Shown here in pieces: positions 8,671-18,181 of a stretch of 64,000 nucleotides of DNA. Position 1 is the stretch's first letter, and each line of letters starts with the position of its first letter. The translations under genes were made by a program, and so were the position numbers. Source of the DNA: a virus (taxonomy: Duplodnaviria; Caudoviricetes); IMG/VR virus record IMGVR_UViG_3300034061_004620; one strand, given 5' to 3'. Under the pieces are notes generated by a model. The model did no database searches and was not told the DNA's origin. It saw only the letters and a program-made list of their open reading frames with translations.

Positions 8671-10201
8671 CTATGCAGTGTTTTTGCCTGCTATATCTGG
8701 ATTCTATGCAACTTTTATAGGAAAACAACGTGTTAACAATGACTATGTTGATCCTGCTCGTATGCCGCAGGCATTACAAGACATGGAGCAATTCAACTGG
8801 CTTAACAGCCATCACGCTCTCTTTCCGTACCGATGGAGTCTTTACTCCGGAGGACACGCCAACCTTGATCTAACCAAAGAAGACCCTTCGGAAGATATGG
8901 TTCGTAAGCGAGAACCAGGTACTTTTATGTTAGGTGACTCTGGCGGGTTCCAAATTGCCAAAGGCTTGTGGGAGGGCGACTGGAAAGCCAACTCAGGATG
9001 TCCTCGGGCACAAAAGAAAAGAGAATTAGTACTTAAATGGTTGGATGGTATTGCAGACTATGGAATGATTTTAGATATTCCAACTTGGGTAATTCACGAC
9101 AAAAAGGCAAGTATCGCATGTGGAATAACTACATTACACGAAGCCGTTGCTGCAACCAAATACAATAATCAATATTTTATGCAGCATCGCAAAGGTAAGA
9201 ACAATGGCGGAGCAAGATTTTTAAACGTGCTGCAAGGCGATAATCATACATCAGCCGACGAGTGGTATCAAGAAATGAAAGAGTTTTGTGATCCTAATAA
9301 ATACCCAGACACACACTTTGATGGGTGGGCCATGGGCGGACAGAACATGTGTGATGTTCATCTTGTTCTAAAACGATTGGTAGAACTTAGATATGACAAC
9401 CTGTTACAAGAAGGAGTGCATGATTGGATGCACTTTTTAGGCACAAGTAAACTTGAATGGGCAGTGTTGCTTACTGTAATACAGCGGTCAGTACGTAAAT
9501 ATGTCAATCCAAAATTTACCATTTCATTTGATTGTGCAAGTCCTTTTCTGGCTACTGCCAACGGTCAAGTTTACCACCACATCGATTTACCTCACAATGG
9601 TAAATGGTGCTACCGTATGAGCCCTATAGTAGATGATAAAAAATATGCTACTGATACCAGACTATATGGCCAAGCTGTGCTGGCAGATGGACTTATTGAT
9701 ATTTTTGATGAAAGTCCTATTAGTAAAAATATGATGATGAAGGATGTGTGTGTTTACAAACCTGGAGATCTGAACAAGAATGGCAAAGAAGGTCGAACCA
9801 GCTGGGATAGTTTTAGTTACATGCTGCTCATGGGGCATAATGTTTGGACCCACATAGAAGCAGTTCAACGAGCCAACAGAGAATTTGATGCTGGATTTCA
9901 TCCTGCCATGATGCGACATGATCATATCGAAGCAGAATATTTTGAAGATATCGTAGAACGTATATTTGCAGCGCCAACAAAGCAAACTGCATTAGATATA
10001 GTCAATGCCGACAAATATGCCAGACCAAAAGGTTATTGGGAACAGATTGTCGGCACAAGAGGTTTCAAAGGAGAAAAAACTACTAATTCTTTCACAATGG
10101 CAAATCATCATTTAGAGATAGAAGGATCAGTTAAAGTGGATAAAGTTAAAAAAGAACAACCAAAACCAATTTTATTGCCTAATTTATTTGAGGAGACCTA
10201 A
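8636..10201 (+). CDS. dpdA: TGT-like 7-deazaguanine DNA transglycosylase (DpdA type)
   Basis: GDSGGFQ, ILDIP, LQG, GWAMGG, HFLG and SFDCASP match the TGT fold; no CxCxxC zinc site; folE/queD/queE nearby. Confidence 0.8.
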   Translation: MTQDNLTAKQNDYAVFLPAISGFYATFIGKQRVNNDYVDPARMPQALQDMEQFNWLNSHHALFPYRWSLYSGGHANLDLTKEDPSEDMVRKREPGTFMLGDSGGFQIAKGLWEGDWKANSGCPRAQKKRELVLKWLDGIADYGMILDIPTWVIHDKKASIACGITTLHEAVAATKYNNQYFMQHRKGKNNGGARFLNVLQGDNHTSADEWYQEMKEFCDPNKYPDTHFDGWAMGGQNMCDVHLVLKRLVELRYDNLLQEGVHDWMHFLGTSKLEWAVLLTVIQRSVRKYVNPKFTISFDCASPFLATANGQVYHHIDLPHNGKWCYRMSPIVDDKKYATDTRLYGQAVLADGLIDIFDESPISKNMMMKDVCVYKPGDLNKNGKEGRTSWDSFSYMLLMGHNVWTHIEAVQRANREFDAGFHPAMMRHDHIEAEYFEDIVERIFAAPTKQTALDIVNADKYARPKGYWEQIVGTRGFKGEKTTNSFTMANHHLEIEGSVKVDKVKKEQPKPILLPNLFEET

Positions 10202-10414
10202 ATGTCATATAAGGGAAAAATCAAACATCTTGAAGAAATGCATCGTTTACTTGATAAACAGATTAACGAAATGCAAACCAATCATCCAGGAGTAGAAGTT
10301 GAACATCTTGCTGAATTAAAAAAGAAAAAATTGCTTTATAAAGATGAAATCAGTAGACTTAATAAATTACAATGGGAAGAAGAAAATGAACGAGTGGGCT
10401 ACGGCGACCAATAA
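10202..10414 (+). CDS. Small coiled-coil protein (DUF465/YdcH-like)
   Basis: HLEEMHRLLDKQI...LKKKKLLYKDEI; GAGGAG RBS. Confidence 0.55.
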   Translation: MSYKGKIKHLEEMHRLLDKQINEMQTNHPGVEVEHLAELKKKKLLYKDEISRLNKLQWEEENERVGYGDQ

Positions 10415-10420
10415 TCTTAA

Positions 10421-11968
10421 ATGACCAAAGTTGTAATATTAAGCGTCCCATGGTGTGAAGCTTTTCCTTTGGTAGCGCCTGCATTATTAAGTAAATGTCT
10501 ACAACAGGCAGGCATTGACTCAGCTGGATTAGATTTAAATATAAAATTTATTCAAGAATTTTATAATAAACCCTATTGGAGTAATTTAAAGATTTTTTTG
10601 TCAAATGGATATGTAGATAAACAACTAAATTATCGTAGAATGATAATTGATTTATTTAAATTTATAAAAAGAGAACTTTTGGCAATTAATTTAGAACATA
10701 ACCCAACTCATTTAGGTTTGTCTATCTTTACAAACGAAAGTATTAACTTTAGCTATCTTTTAATTCATTATATCCGAAAATATCTCCCCCATGTAAAAAT
10801 TATTGTAGGCGGACGAGGTATAGAATCTGATTGCTCTTTAGAAAAAAAACCGCATTACCAGAAATATTTTGATCACGGTCTGGCAGATTTGATAGTAGTT
10901 GGTGATGCCGAAACAGCCATAATTGAATCTATTAAATCCAATCATGATGGCATATATTTTTCTAAAAAACAAAATCAACAAGACCTTGATAATATTCCGG
11001 CTCCGGACTGGAGTCACTATAATTTTTCTTTATATAGTACGCTTACAGACGAATTTGCACCTGCTGATAGATTAGCCGCCACATTTAATCCACAGGCTAT
11101 ATCTATTACTGCAAGTAAAGGATGTGTAAGAAAATGTACATTTTGTGATGTTGCCAATTATTGGCCAAACTACATTTATCGAGACGGTGCAAATGTAGCA
11201 AGAGATATAATAACCACTTACAGAACAACTGGAATTAAAAATTTTGAATTTACAGATAATTTGATAAATGGTAGTATCTCTCACTACAGAAAAATGAACA
11301 CTATCTTGGCAGAAACTATTCCAAGAGAAATTGCCTATAGTGGGTATGCGATTTTTAGACAAAAAGAATCAATGCCGGCCGAGGATTTTAGGTTAGCCTC
11401 ATTAGCAGGATGCGAAGCATGGGGAGTTGGTGTTGAATCAGGAAGCGAAACTGTTAGATACCACATGCGGAAAAAATTCAATAACGACGACTTAGATTTT
11501 GGAGTCAAACAATTACACAAAAACAATATAAGACAAACTTGGTGTTTAATGGTTGGATATCCAACTGAAACTGAGGATGATTTTAAAGAAACACTAAATT
11601 TATTACGTAGATACAAGAATTATAATAACAACGGTATGATTTCATTAAATATTACACAACCGTTTCAATTAAATCAAAATACTCCTTTGATGCAAGAAGA
11701 AGAATTTACATCAACACTTAATTGGGCACACGAAGGAGATAGTAATCACCATGAAAGATTTTTTTGGGTCACTCCTGGAAATCCTGGTAACAATTTCTTA
11801 TCACGATATAAAAGATGGCACCAGCTTATTGATTTATCCGAAGAATTAGGTTATTCTTACCATATGCGAATGGCTCTGTTATTTTCAAAATGGCGAGACG
11901 AACTTGAAAGTTTAAAACAAATTTATGAACAATCAAATAAAAAAATTTTCTTTTTCAGTCGAGCTTAA
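10421..11968 (+). CDS. B12-binding-domain (class B-like) radical SAM protein
   Basis: N-terminal Rossmann-like region (IIVGGRG, VVGDAE), ASKGCVRKCTFCD, GVESGS, MVGYPTET. Confidence 0.85.
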   Translation: MTKVVILSVPWCEAFPLVAPALLSKCLQQAGIDSAGLDLNIKFIQEFYNKPYWSNLKIFLSNGYVDKQLNYRRMIIDLFKFIKRELLAINLEHNPTHLGLSIFTNESINFSYLLIHYIRKYLPHVKIIVGGRGIESDCSLEKKPHYQKYFDHGLADLIVVGDAETAIIESIKSNHDGIYFSKKQNQQDLDNIPAPDWSHYNFSLYSTLTDEFAPADRLAATFNPQAISITASKGCVRKCTFCDVANYWPNYIYRDGANVARDIITTYRTTGIKNFEFTDNLINGSISHYRKMNTILAETIPREIAYSGYAIFRQKESMPAEDFRLASLAGCEAWGVGVESGSETVRYHMRKKFNNDDLDFGVKQLHKNNIRQTWCLMVGYPTETEDDFKETLNLLRRYKNYNNNGMISLNITQPFQLNQNTPLMQEEEFTSTLNWAHEGDSNHHERFFWVTPGNPGNNFLSRYKRWHQLIDLSEELGYSYHMRMALLFSKWRDELESLKQIYEQSNKKIFFFSRA

Positions 11969-12308
11969 TAATCTTTGCGACAGGTATGTTATAACTGTAA
12001 ACGAACAATTAATTCCAGTCACAAATGAAGCCATAAATTATTATGAATTAGATTTAGATATAACAAAACGCAATATAATCAAAGTAACCTACCTTGAAAA
12101 GAATAAAGATTCATTTTTACACATCAAACAACTTGAATTTAATAAAATACCATTGTATAATTTAGACATATTTTCAACTTATCGCGTAAAAAACACAGTT
12201 AAAAAAACTTACGGATGGATGGATGAACTTGGTACATATACAATAAATCTTCACAGCAATGCAGTTACTCAAAATTTACTAACTTTTTTATTATCAAAGA
12301 AAGAATAA
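11925..12308 (+). CDS. Hypothetical beta-rich protein coupled to the B12 radical SAM
   Basis: 127-aa ORF overlapping the upstream gene. Confidence 0.55.
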   Translation: MNNQIKKFSFSVELNNLCDRYVITVNEQLIPVTNEAINYYELDLDITKRNIIKVTYLEKNKDSFLHIKQLEFNKIPLYNLDIFSTYRVKNTVKKTYGWMDELGTYTINLHSNAVTQNLLTFLLSKKE

Positions 12309-12309
12309 A

Positions 12310-12822
12310 ATGAACAGAAATGGTCATACTAACACAAAATTATTTGTAGGACAAGAAGTGGAACATACCCCTGCACATGGTCAAAAAACTTTGTTTGTTG
12401 TAGGAATTCAGGATAAAGACTTGATCGAAGCTGCCGCGGTTGCTCATAAATGTACACATGTGTATTTTGGTGCCAATCAAAGCTTTCCTAAAATTAATAC
12501 TAATAGTGCAGAGTGGACTCGTTGGGAGAATATGATATTTCCTTTTCTTGGCCAAGGCTATTGGTGTACATTGGATATTGATGTAAATCAAGTTGAAGGT
12601 TTATTGGAAAGTGGACTCACCGAACATTATAAATTTATTCCCATGATATCGGTAAAATTACCCTATTTACAACAATTAGGATATAATGCTACAATTAAAC
12701 TTGATGACAAAGATTTTGCTGCAACTAATCCTGGTGTATGGTGTCATCAAGTTCATGACTTAGCAAGTAGAAGAAAGTTTACCGATTGGTCAAAATATAC
12801 AAGTGACGAGATTATAAGATGA
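12310..12822 (+). CDS. Hypothetical protein directly upstream of dpdL
   Basis: 170-aa ORF; EVEHTP, HVYFGANQSF, WCTLD. Confidence 0.7.
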   Translation: MNRNGHTNTKLFVGQEVEHTPAHGQKTLFVVGIQDKDLIEAAAVAHKCTHVYFGANQSFPKINTNSAEWTRWENMIFPFLGQGYWCTLDIDVNQVEGLLESGLTEHYKFIPMISVKLPYLQQLGYNATIKLDDKDFAATNPGVWCHQVHDLASRRKFTDWSKYTSDEIIR

Positions 12823-13253
12823 ATCAAACACAAAGAGAATCAGCGGATAGAATTATGCAATTTGCCGCAAGACAAATATGGGTAACCTTCCAAAAAGAAG
12901 GTATTCATAAATACCCGGCAGCATTGGAGGATCCCGGTCTTGCGGATGTTAATTTTCTTGGTTACCCTCACCGTCACATCTTTCACTTCAGGGTGTCAAT
13001 TGATGTGTTCCACAATGATCGGGACATCGAGTTCATCCAATTCAAACGATGGCTGGAAAGCCTGTATAATAGTGGGAACCCGGTTTTAGAACTGGATTAT
13101 AAAAGCTGTGAAATGATAGCTGACGATTTATACGTCCAAATAGCTAACAGATATCCCAACAGAAATGTTACAATAAGCGTAAGTGAAGACAATGAAAATG
13201 GTTGTACGATTACTTACGCCACTCATCAACCCTCTCTATCAATAAAAATTTAA
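12819..13253 (+). CDS. dpdL: QueD-like T-fold protein, DpdL-like (predicted CDG decarboxylase)
   Basis: LGYPHRHIF fits LxxxHRHxF rather than the QueD CxxxHGH; DIEF, SCEMIA and VSEDNENG are T-fold features. Confidence 0.7.
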   Translation: MNQTQRESADRIMQFAARQIWVTFQKEGIHKYPAALEDPGLADVNFLGYPHRHIFHFRVSIDVFHNDRDIEFIQFKRWLESLYNSGNPVLELDYKSCEMIADDLYVQIANRYPNRNVTISVSEDNENGCTITYATHQPSLSIKI

Positions 13254-13263
13254 GGAGAACAAA

Positions 13264-13482
13264 ATGGCCGCAAAATGGCTAAAAAAATATCTGGTAATGA
13301 AGCCGGAAGTGTCAACTATCTTTGACGATCTTGATCGTTATCGAGAATTTTGTGTCAAATACGGACATCCATTTGATGAGCGTCATTTATACAATGAGCG
13401 TAGTCCGTGGGGCGAATTTCAGAGGAGTTTACGAGGTCGCGAACCACGTAATATGTGGTATGTTAAAAAAGAACGTACATGA
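13264..13482 (+). CDS. Hypothetical protein
   Basis: 72 aa; AAGGAG RBS. Confidence 0.65.
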   Translation: MAAKWLKKYLVMKPEVSTIFDDLDRYREFCVKYGHPFDERHLYNERSPWGEFQRSLRGREPRNMWYVKKERT

Positions 13483-13742
13483 CATTAGTTCTTAACTTTA
13501 TTAAAAATCACATTCCGGCATTTGAAATGCTGGGTGTGATTATGCGTATCATAAGTTTTACATTAGTATCATGGTTAGGGTCTGCAAGTCCGTTTATGTT
13601 TGTTTGGATATTTAATACAGTTGATGCCGTACTATTAACTTATTGTGCTATGCTTAAACAAGATCGTGCATACACCTTACTAAACGCTTTTTGGATTGTG
13701 GTTGGTATCATTGGCATTGCAAGAGCAGGAGGATGGTTATGA
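13479..13742 (+). CDS. Hypothetical membrane protein
   Basis: Three hydrophobic segments; ATGA coupling. Confidence 0.6.
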   Translation: MTLVLNFIKNHIPAFEMLGVIMRIISFTLVSWLGSASPFMFVWIFNTVDAVLLTYCAMLKQDRAYTLLNAFWIVVGIIGIARAGGWL

Positions 13743-14203
13743 GTGGTGCACTGAGAGAAAAAGACGCGGCCGATTTTGATTTAGAACAATTTACAGAAAT
13801 GTTTGATCGGGCTATAACCAGTGATGATCCCAGGGTAAAGAACGCCTTACGTCAACTGATGATGATGGTTATTCTTACCGATACCGATGATCACGAAGGC
13901 AAGCAAAGAGCCAGTCATGGTCCTCTGCGTAGAATGCAACAAGACATGCGTGACCAGTTCAGATGGATTCAGCGACTTGAAAATGACTTAGAGAGTTTAA
14001 AAAAACAAATGGCGTACAACGAAACACAAATTAAAGTACAAAGTGAACCTGGATTTAAAGCCCAAGGCGTCTCTCCCAGTGAATATTGGCAAAAGGCTAT
14101 AGCACAAACAAACATGCTAAAGCCACAAGGATTAGAAAATATTTCTAACAACGCATTACAAGGTCTAAATATCAAGGTCGCCGCAGATACAGGAGAAAAA
14201 TAA
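13739..14203 (+). CDS. Hypothetical coiled-coil protein
   Basis: Start moved to ATG 13739 (ATGA overlap). Confidence 0.6.
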   Translation: MSGALREKDAADFDLEQFTEMFDRAITSDDPRVKNALRQLMMMVILTDTDDHEGKQRASHGPLRRMQQDMRDQFRWIQRLENDLESLKKQMAYNETQIKVQSEPGFKAQGVSPSEYWQKAIAQTNMLKPQGLENISNNALQGLNIKVAADTGEK

Positions 14204-15399
14204 TGCGTAAGTTATGGTACATGGGCTTAGAGCCTTACAAAGCAAGATACACCCTGCAACTACAAGAATGGAATCGTGCTGTATTTGAACGTAGAGGTAT
14301 TGACTATGAGATTGTGCCTGGCGAAACGCTTAGTAATGATCAGGCTATTGTAACCGGCCAAGTGTTAGATGCACATGGTCGTACATATTTTGGCATGAGT
14401 CAGTTAATGAATCTCATTCGTCTAATGAAAGCAGGAGAAGTTACCAATGAAGATGTTATCTACTTTGAAGACATGTTTCAACCCGGCATCGAGAGCTTAC
14501 CTTACATTCTTGATCAAGTGTCTGCTAACATGCGTCCTCGCATTGCCGTTCGTTGTCTTGCACAAACTATTGACCCAGATGACTTTGTTCATGTCTGGGG
14601 CATGCAGGAATGGATGGGGCATTATGAAAAGATGGTAGATAGCTTTGCCGACATTGTGTTAGCTACCAATGAAGAAATGGTCATGCACATGAAAGTGGCA
14701 GGATGGAAGGCTCCCGTCTATAACATCTCAGGACTGGCATTTGGTAAGGATGAAGTTCGCAGTCGAGTGCCAGGAATGCTAAAACCTTTTGTAGAAAGAG
14801 CATTTCGTGTAGGCTTTGCTGCTCGTTGGGATCAAGAGAAACAGCCCGACTTCTACATGGATCTAATTGAAGAATATTATAAACTGCAAGCACTACCGTA
14901 TAACGATTGGCCTCAAGTAGAATTCTGTGTGTTTAGTGGCAGCAAGTTGCGTTCCAATAATAGTTCGTATATGGAACGTACACGTAGACTACAAGCAGAA
15001 GGTAAACTGACTGTATATGAAGATCTTGAAAAGAATGACTACTACGCTTTACTCAACGATACGCGAGTGCTTTTTAATTGTGCTCTTCAGGATTGGGTGT
15101 CAAATACTGCCAGCGAGGCGGACGCTCTTGGGGCTAATATCTTATACCCCGCATACCGTAGCTTTCCCGAAGCTTTTGCAAATGATCCTGAACGACTTTA
15201 TGTCCCGTGGTCGTTACGAGATGCTGTACAAAAACTTGTCCCCCTCCTCCAGCGTCCGCATGCAAACATGGGTAAATTTAGTGCGTGGAATGATGGTACC
15301 ATTGATCGTGTCTGTGACATAATCGAAGGCAAAGGCGAACAGTGGTTGCGTATGACCACCGATTATAGAAAACATACGCATGAATCAAAATACTACTAA
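14203..15399 (+). CDS. GT-B fold glycosyltransferase
   Basis: RWDQEKQPDF, VLFNCALQDWVSNTASEADALG and YPAYRSFPE resemble the GT4/phage glucosyltransferase donor-binding region. Confidence 0.75.
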   Translation: MRKLWYMGLEPYKARYTLQLQEWNRAVFERRGIDYEIVPGETLSNDQAIVTGQVLDAHGRTYFGMSQLMNLIRLMKAGEVTNEDVIYFEDMFQPGIESLPYILDQVSANMRPRIAVRCLAQTIDPDDFVHVWGMQEWMGHYEKMVDSFADIVLATNEEMVMHMKVAGWKAPVYNISGLAFGKDEVRSRVPGMLKPFVERAFRVGFAARWDQEKQPDFYMDLIEEYYKLQALPYNDWPQVEFCVFSGSKLRSNNSSYMERTRRLQAEGKLTVYEDLEKNDYYALLNDTRVLFNCALQDWVSNTASEADALGANILYPAYRSFPEAFANDPERLYVPWSLRDAVQKLVPLLQRPHANMGKFSAWNDGTIDRVCDIIEGKGEQWLRMTTDYRKHTHESKYY

Positions 15400-15409
15400 G
15401 GAGATAGAA

Positions 15410-15601
15410 ATGTTAAAAATTAAAGACAAACTTGAAAAAATTAATGATAATTTTAATGTATACATGTACGATAATGGATACATGATGGAAATTAGTGGTC
15501 GCGACGATAACGGAGATTGGGCTACCGCAAAAATTATCTGTAACACGTTAGATGATTTAGTTACTTTAATTAAAGAAACATCAACATTAGAGCGCGATTA
15601 A
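15410..15601 (+). CDS. Hypothetical protein
   Basis: AAGGAG RBS before ATG 15410. Confidence 0.6.
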   Translation: MLKIKDKLEKINDNFNVYMYDNGYMMEISGRDDNGDWATAKIICNTLDDLVTLIKETSTLERD

Positions 15602-15604
15602 TAA

Positions 15605-16570
15605 ATGAAAGTGGTAGTTACTGGAGGATGTGGCTACATTGGTAGTCATATCGCTCGTTATCTCAAACAACACAATGAAAATTGTAGTGTGTACGTTATT
15701 GATCGTGAGCGTAGAGACCATACCTTAAAGAATGTTGATGGTTTCTTACATACCGATTATGTTTCTCGACAGACTTTATTGTGGTTAGATGAACTACAAC
15801 CAGACGTCATTGTTCATTGTGCCGGCGACATATCTGTTAGAGAAAGTGTAGAAGATCCTGCGAAATATTATGACAACAATGTTGCAAGGACAATTACCTT
15901 TTTAAATCATGTTAAAAATTATAAAAAGAAACCGCAAATTCTTTTTAGTAGCAGTGCCAGTGTGTACGGCAATCCTGATCGCGTTCCATTGGTTGAAACA
16001 GATCGGATAAAACCAATTAGTCCATATGGACACACTAAAGATATAATAGAACAAGTTTTATTAAATTATAATCAAGCATACGGATTACCAGCAGTTTGTT
16101 TCAGATATTTTAATGCAGCAGGTGCGGAACCCAATAACTATGATTTAGGTCAAGCTGCAGGAGCGGGACATATCATTGCAAGACTGTTAGAATCAAAAAT
16201 ACGTGACGAGTATTTCACATTAAATGGTGTAGATTTCAATACTGCTGACAGAACTTGCGTACGAGATTATATTCATGTGTGGGATCTTGCTGACGCACAT
16301 AATCGAGCTATACATTGGAACAAGAACCAACAATTTGCAGTATTCAATTTAGGTACTAATAGTGGCATCAGCAATCAGCAAATTATAGATTACATCTCTA
16401 TAAATTATGGTCCGTTAAAAATACACGTAGGCCCTCGCAGACCAGGGGATCCTGATCAATTGATAGCTGATGCTGCGCTGGCAAATAACGTTCTTGGATG
16501 GCAACCAAATCATTCAACCTTGAATCAAATCGTTGATTCAGCCTACAAATGGTACACTCGTGGCATTTGA
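15605..16570 (+). CDS. galE: UDP-glucose 4-epimerase-like extended SDR
   Basis: GGCGYIGSH, FSSSASVYG, YGHTK, RYFNAAGA, RDYIHVWDLA, RRPGDP. Confidence 0.88.
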   Translation: MKVVVTGGCGYIGSHIARYLKQHNENCSVYVIDRERRDHTLKNVDGFLHTDYVSRQTLLWLDELQPDVIVHCAGDISVRESVEDPAKYYDNNVARTITFLNHVKNYKKKPQILFSSSASVYGNPDRVPLVETDRIKPISPYGHTKDIIEQVLLNYNQAYGLPAVCFRYFNAAGAEPNNYDLGQAAGAGHIIARLLESKIRDEYFTLNGVDFNTADRTCVRDYIHVWDLADAHNRAIHWNKNQQFAVFNLGTNSGISNQQIIDYISINYGPLKIHVGPRRPGDPDQLIADAALANNVLGWQPNHSTLNQIVDSAYKWYTRGI

Positions 16571-17147
16571 AGAAATTGCACAATTTGAACAACTATTAGC
16601 AAAGAAAACTGGGGCACCTTATGCCATCATGACCGATTGTTGCACTCATGCAATAGAGCTTTGCTTGAGATATCAACGTGTGAATCAAGTGGCCTTTACA
16701 GCCTATACCTATTTGAGTATTCCCATGCTCATGCACAAATTAGGTATCATGTACATGCACACCGATGAAGCATGGATTGGCGAATATCAATTCCACGGAA
16801 CCAACATATGGGATAGTGCCAGAAGATTAGAAAACAACATGTATAGACCTGGTATGATGCAATGTTTGAGTTTTGGTCATAACAAGCCTTTACAAATAGG
16901 CCATGGTGGTGCTATACTATTAGATGACAAAGAGGCATATGATGTTTTATTACAACAGAGATATGATGGACGGAACCTTAGTATCCAACCATGGCAAGCC
17001 CAGCAGGTTTTCAAGGTGGGTTACCATTATAGGCCAACTATTGAAGATGCAAGGATCGGTTTAGAAAAATTGTATTTTGTTAACGAACCGCCTAAATATC
17101 ACGACTATCCAGATCTTAGAAACATACAAATTATTGGAGACACTTAA
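16560..17147 (+). CDS. Short DegT/DnrJ-like PLP enzyme
   Basis: DCCTHAI, DSA, SFGHNKPLQIGHGGAIL (PLP Lys loop), GYHYR; only about 195 aa. Start uncertain (16533 or GTG 16560). Confidence 0.7.
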   Translation: MAFEEIAQFEQLLAKKTGAPYAIMTDCCTHAIELCLRYQRVNQVAFTAYTYLSIPMLMHKLGIMYMHTDEAWIGEYQFHGTNIWDSARRLENNMYRPGMMQCLSFGHNKPLQIGHGGAILLDDKEAYDVLLQQRYDGRNLSIQPWQAQQVFKVGYHYRPTIEDARIGLEKLYFVNEPPKYHDYPDLRNIQIIGDT

Positions 17148-17911
17148 TGGTTTATAACAAAGTATACGAAAGCAATGACGAAACAGGATTAGATGCAATG
17201 GCCGGTGACGGTGGTTACAAAGAATCAACATTGTCAGCTGCTATTCGTGCCAGAATGAAACGTGACGGTAAAAGGTATTGGGCCGGAGACAACATTAGTG
17301 ATTACTTACACGAAAGCGATCGAGAACATTTGATCAATGAGGCTACCGAAGCATTTGAGAAGGTGTTAGACACGCTACTAATTGATAGAGAAACAGATCC
17401 TAACAGCCAAGGTACTGCACGCCGACTTGCAAAAATGTACTTCAATGAATTGATGGCAGGAAGATATGACCCAACACCTAACGCAACTGCGTTTCCAAAT
17501 GACACCGAAGGAGCATACGACGGCATGCTCGTCGTCCGTTCTGAGCTTAAGAGTGTTTGCAGCCATCATCACCAACCTGTTACAGGCGTTGCATATATTG
17601 GCATTATTGCTGGTCCCAAACTCATTGGGCTTTCTAAATACACCCGAATTGCCCAATGGTGCGCTCGTCGTGGAACGCTACAAGAAGAACTTTGCATGGA
17701 CATTGCACGAGAAATTGAATTTGCAACTGGAAGTAAGGATGTGGCTGTATATATCCAGGCGACGCACGGATGCTGCGAGAATAGAGGAATTATGGCACAC
17801 AGTAGTCTTACCCAGACCACAGTGTTAAGAGGTGCGTTTAAGGATGATCAAAGCACCAAGAAAGAGTTCTTTGACAACATTAAACTACAACAGGAGTTTG
17901 CTCCGCGATGA
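17147..17911 (+). CDS. folE: GTP cyclohydrolase I
   Basis: CSHHHQP, IGLSKYTR, LQEEL, HGCCENRG. Confidence 0.95.
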   Translation: MVYNKVYESNDETGLDAMAGDGGYKESTLSAAIRARMKRDGKRYWAGDNISDYLHESDREHLINEATEAFEKVLDTLLIDRETDPNSQGTARRLAKMYFNELMAGRYDPTPNATAFPNDTEGAYDGMLVVRSELKSVCSHHHQPVTGVAYIGIIAGPKLIGLSKYTRIAQWCARRGTLQEELCMDIAREIEFATGSKDVAVYIQATHGCCENRGIMAHSSLTQTTVLRGAFKDDQSTKKEFFDNIKLQQEFAPR

Positions 17912-18156
17912 AATGTATCACTTGCGATCGAGAATACTCAACGACCTGCGACTGGAATCAAGGTCGTTGCCCCCATCATCCGCCATTGCTAAACGTACAA
18001 CCAAAAGATACCAGTAGAGGACATTTTTATGTTAGTCTTGCAAAAAGTGCTATTAGAATATTTGCAGGCGGCGTACTAATGGCCGGTAACATTTGGTTAG
18101 CTGGTTTATGTATTGTGTTAGCCGAATTATTAGGTGTTATTGAAGAGATTGTTTAA
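17908..18156 (+). CDS. Hypothetical protein with Cys-rich N-terminus and hydrophobic C-terminus
   Basis: CITC..C..CPHH; ATGA coupling. Confidence 0.5.
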   Translation: MKCITCDREYSTTCDWNQGRCPHHPPLLNVQPKDTSRGHFYVSLAKSAIRIFAGGVLMAGNIWLAGLCIVLAELLGVIEEIV

Positions 18157-18181
18157 GATAATTATTAATAGGAGACAACAA

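Noticed and set aside
8636-10201. Ordinary tRNA-guanine transglycosylase
   Set aside because: It lacks the TGT zinc site, is longer, and sits among phage replication and dpdL/que genes.
12819-13253. Second canonical QueD
   Set aside because: It has HRH without the catalytic Cys; the true CxxxHG QueD is at 22203.
17147-17911. FolE as a folate auxiliary metabolic gene
   Set aside because: No folB/K/P is in the window; QueD, QueE and DpdA explain it better.
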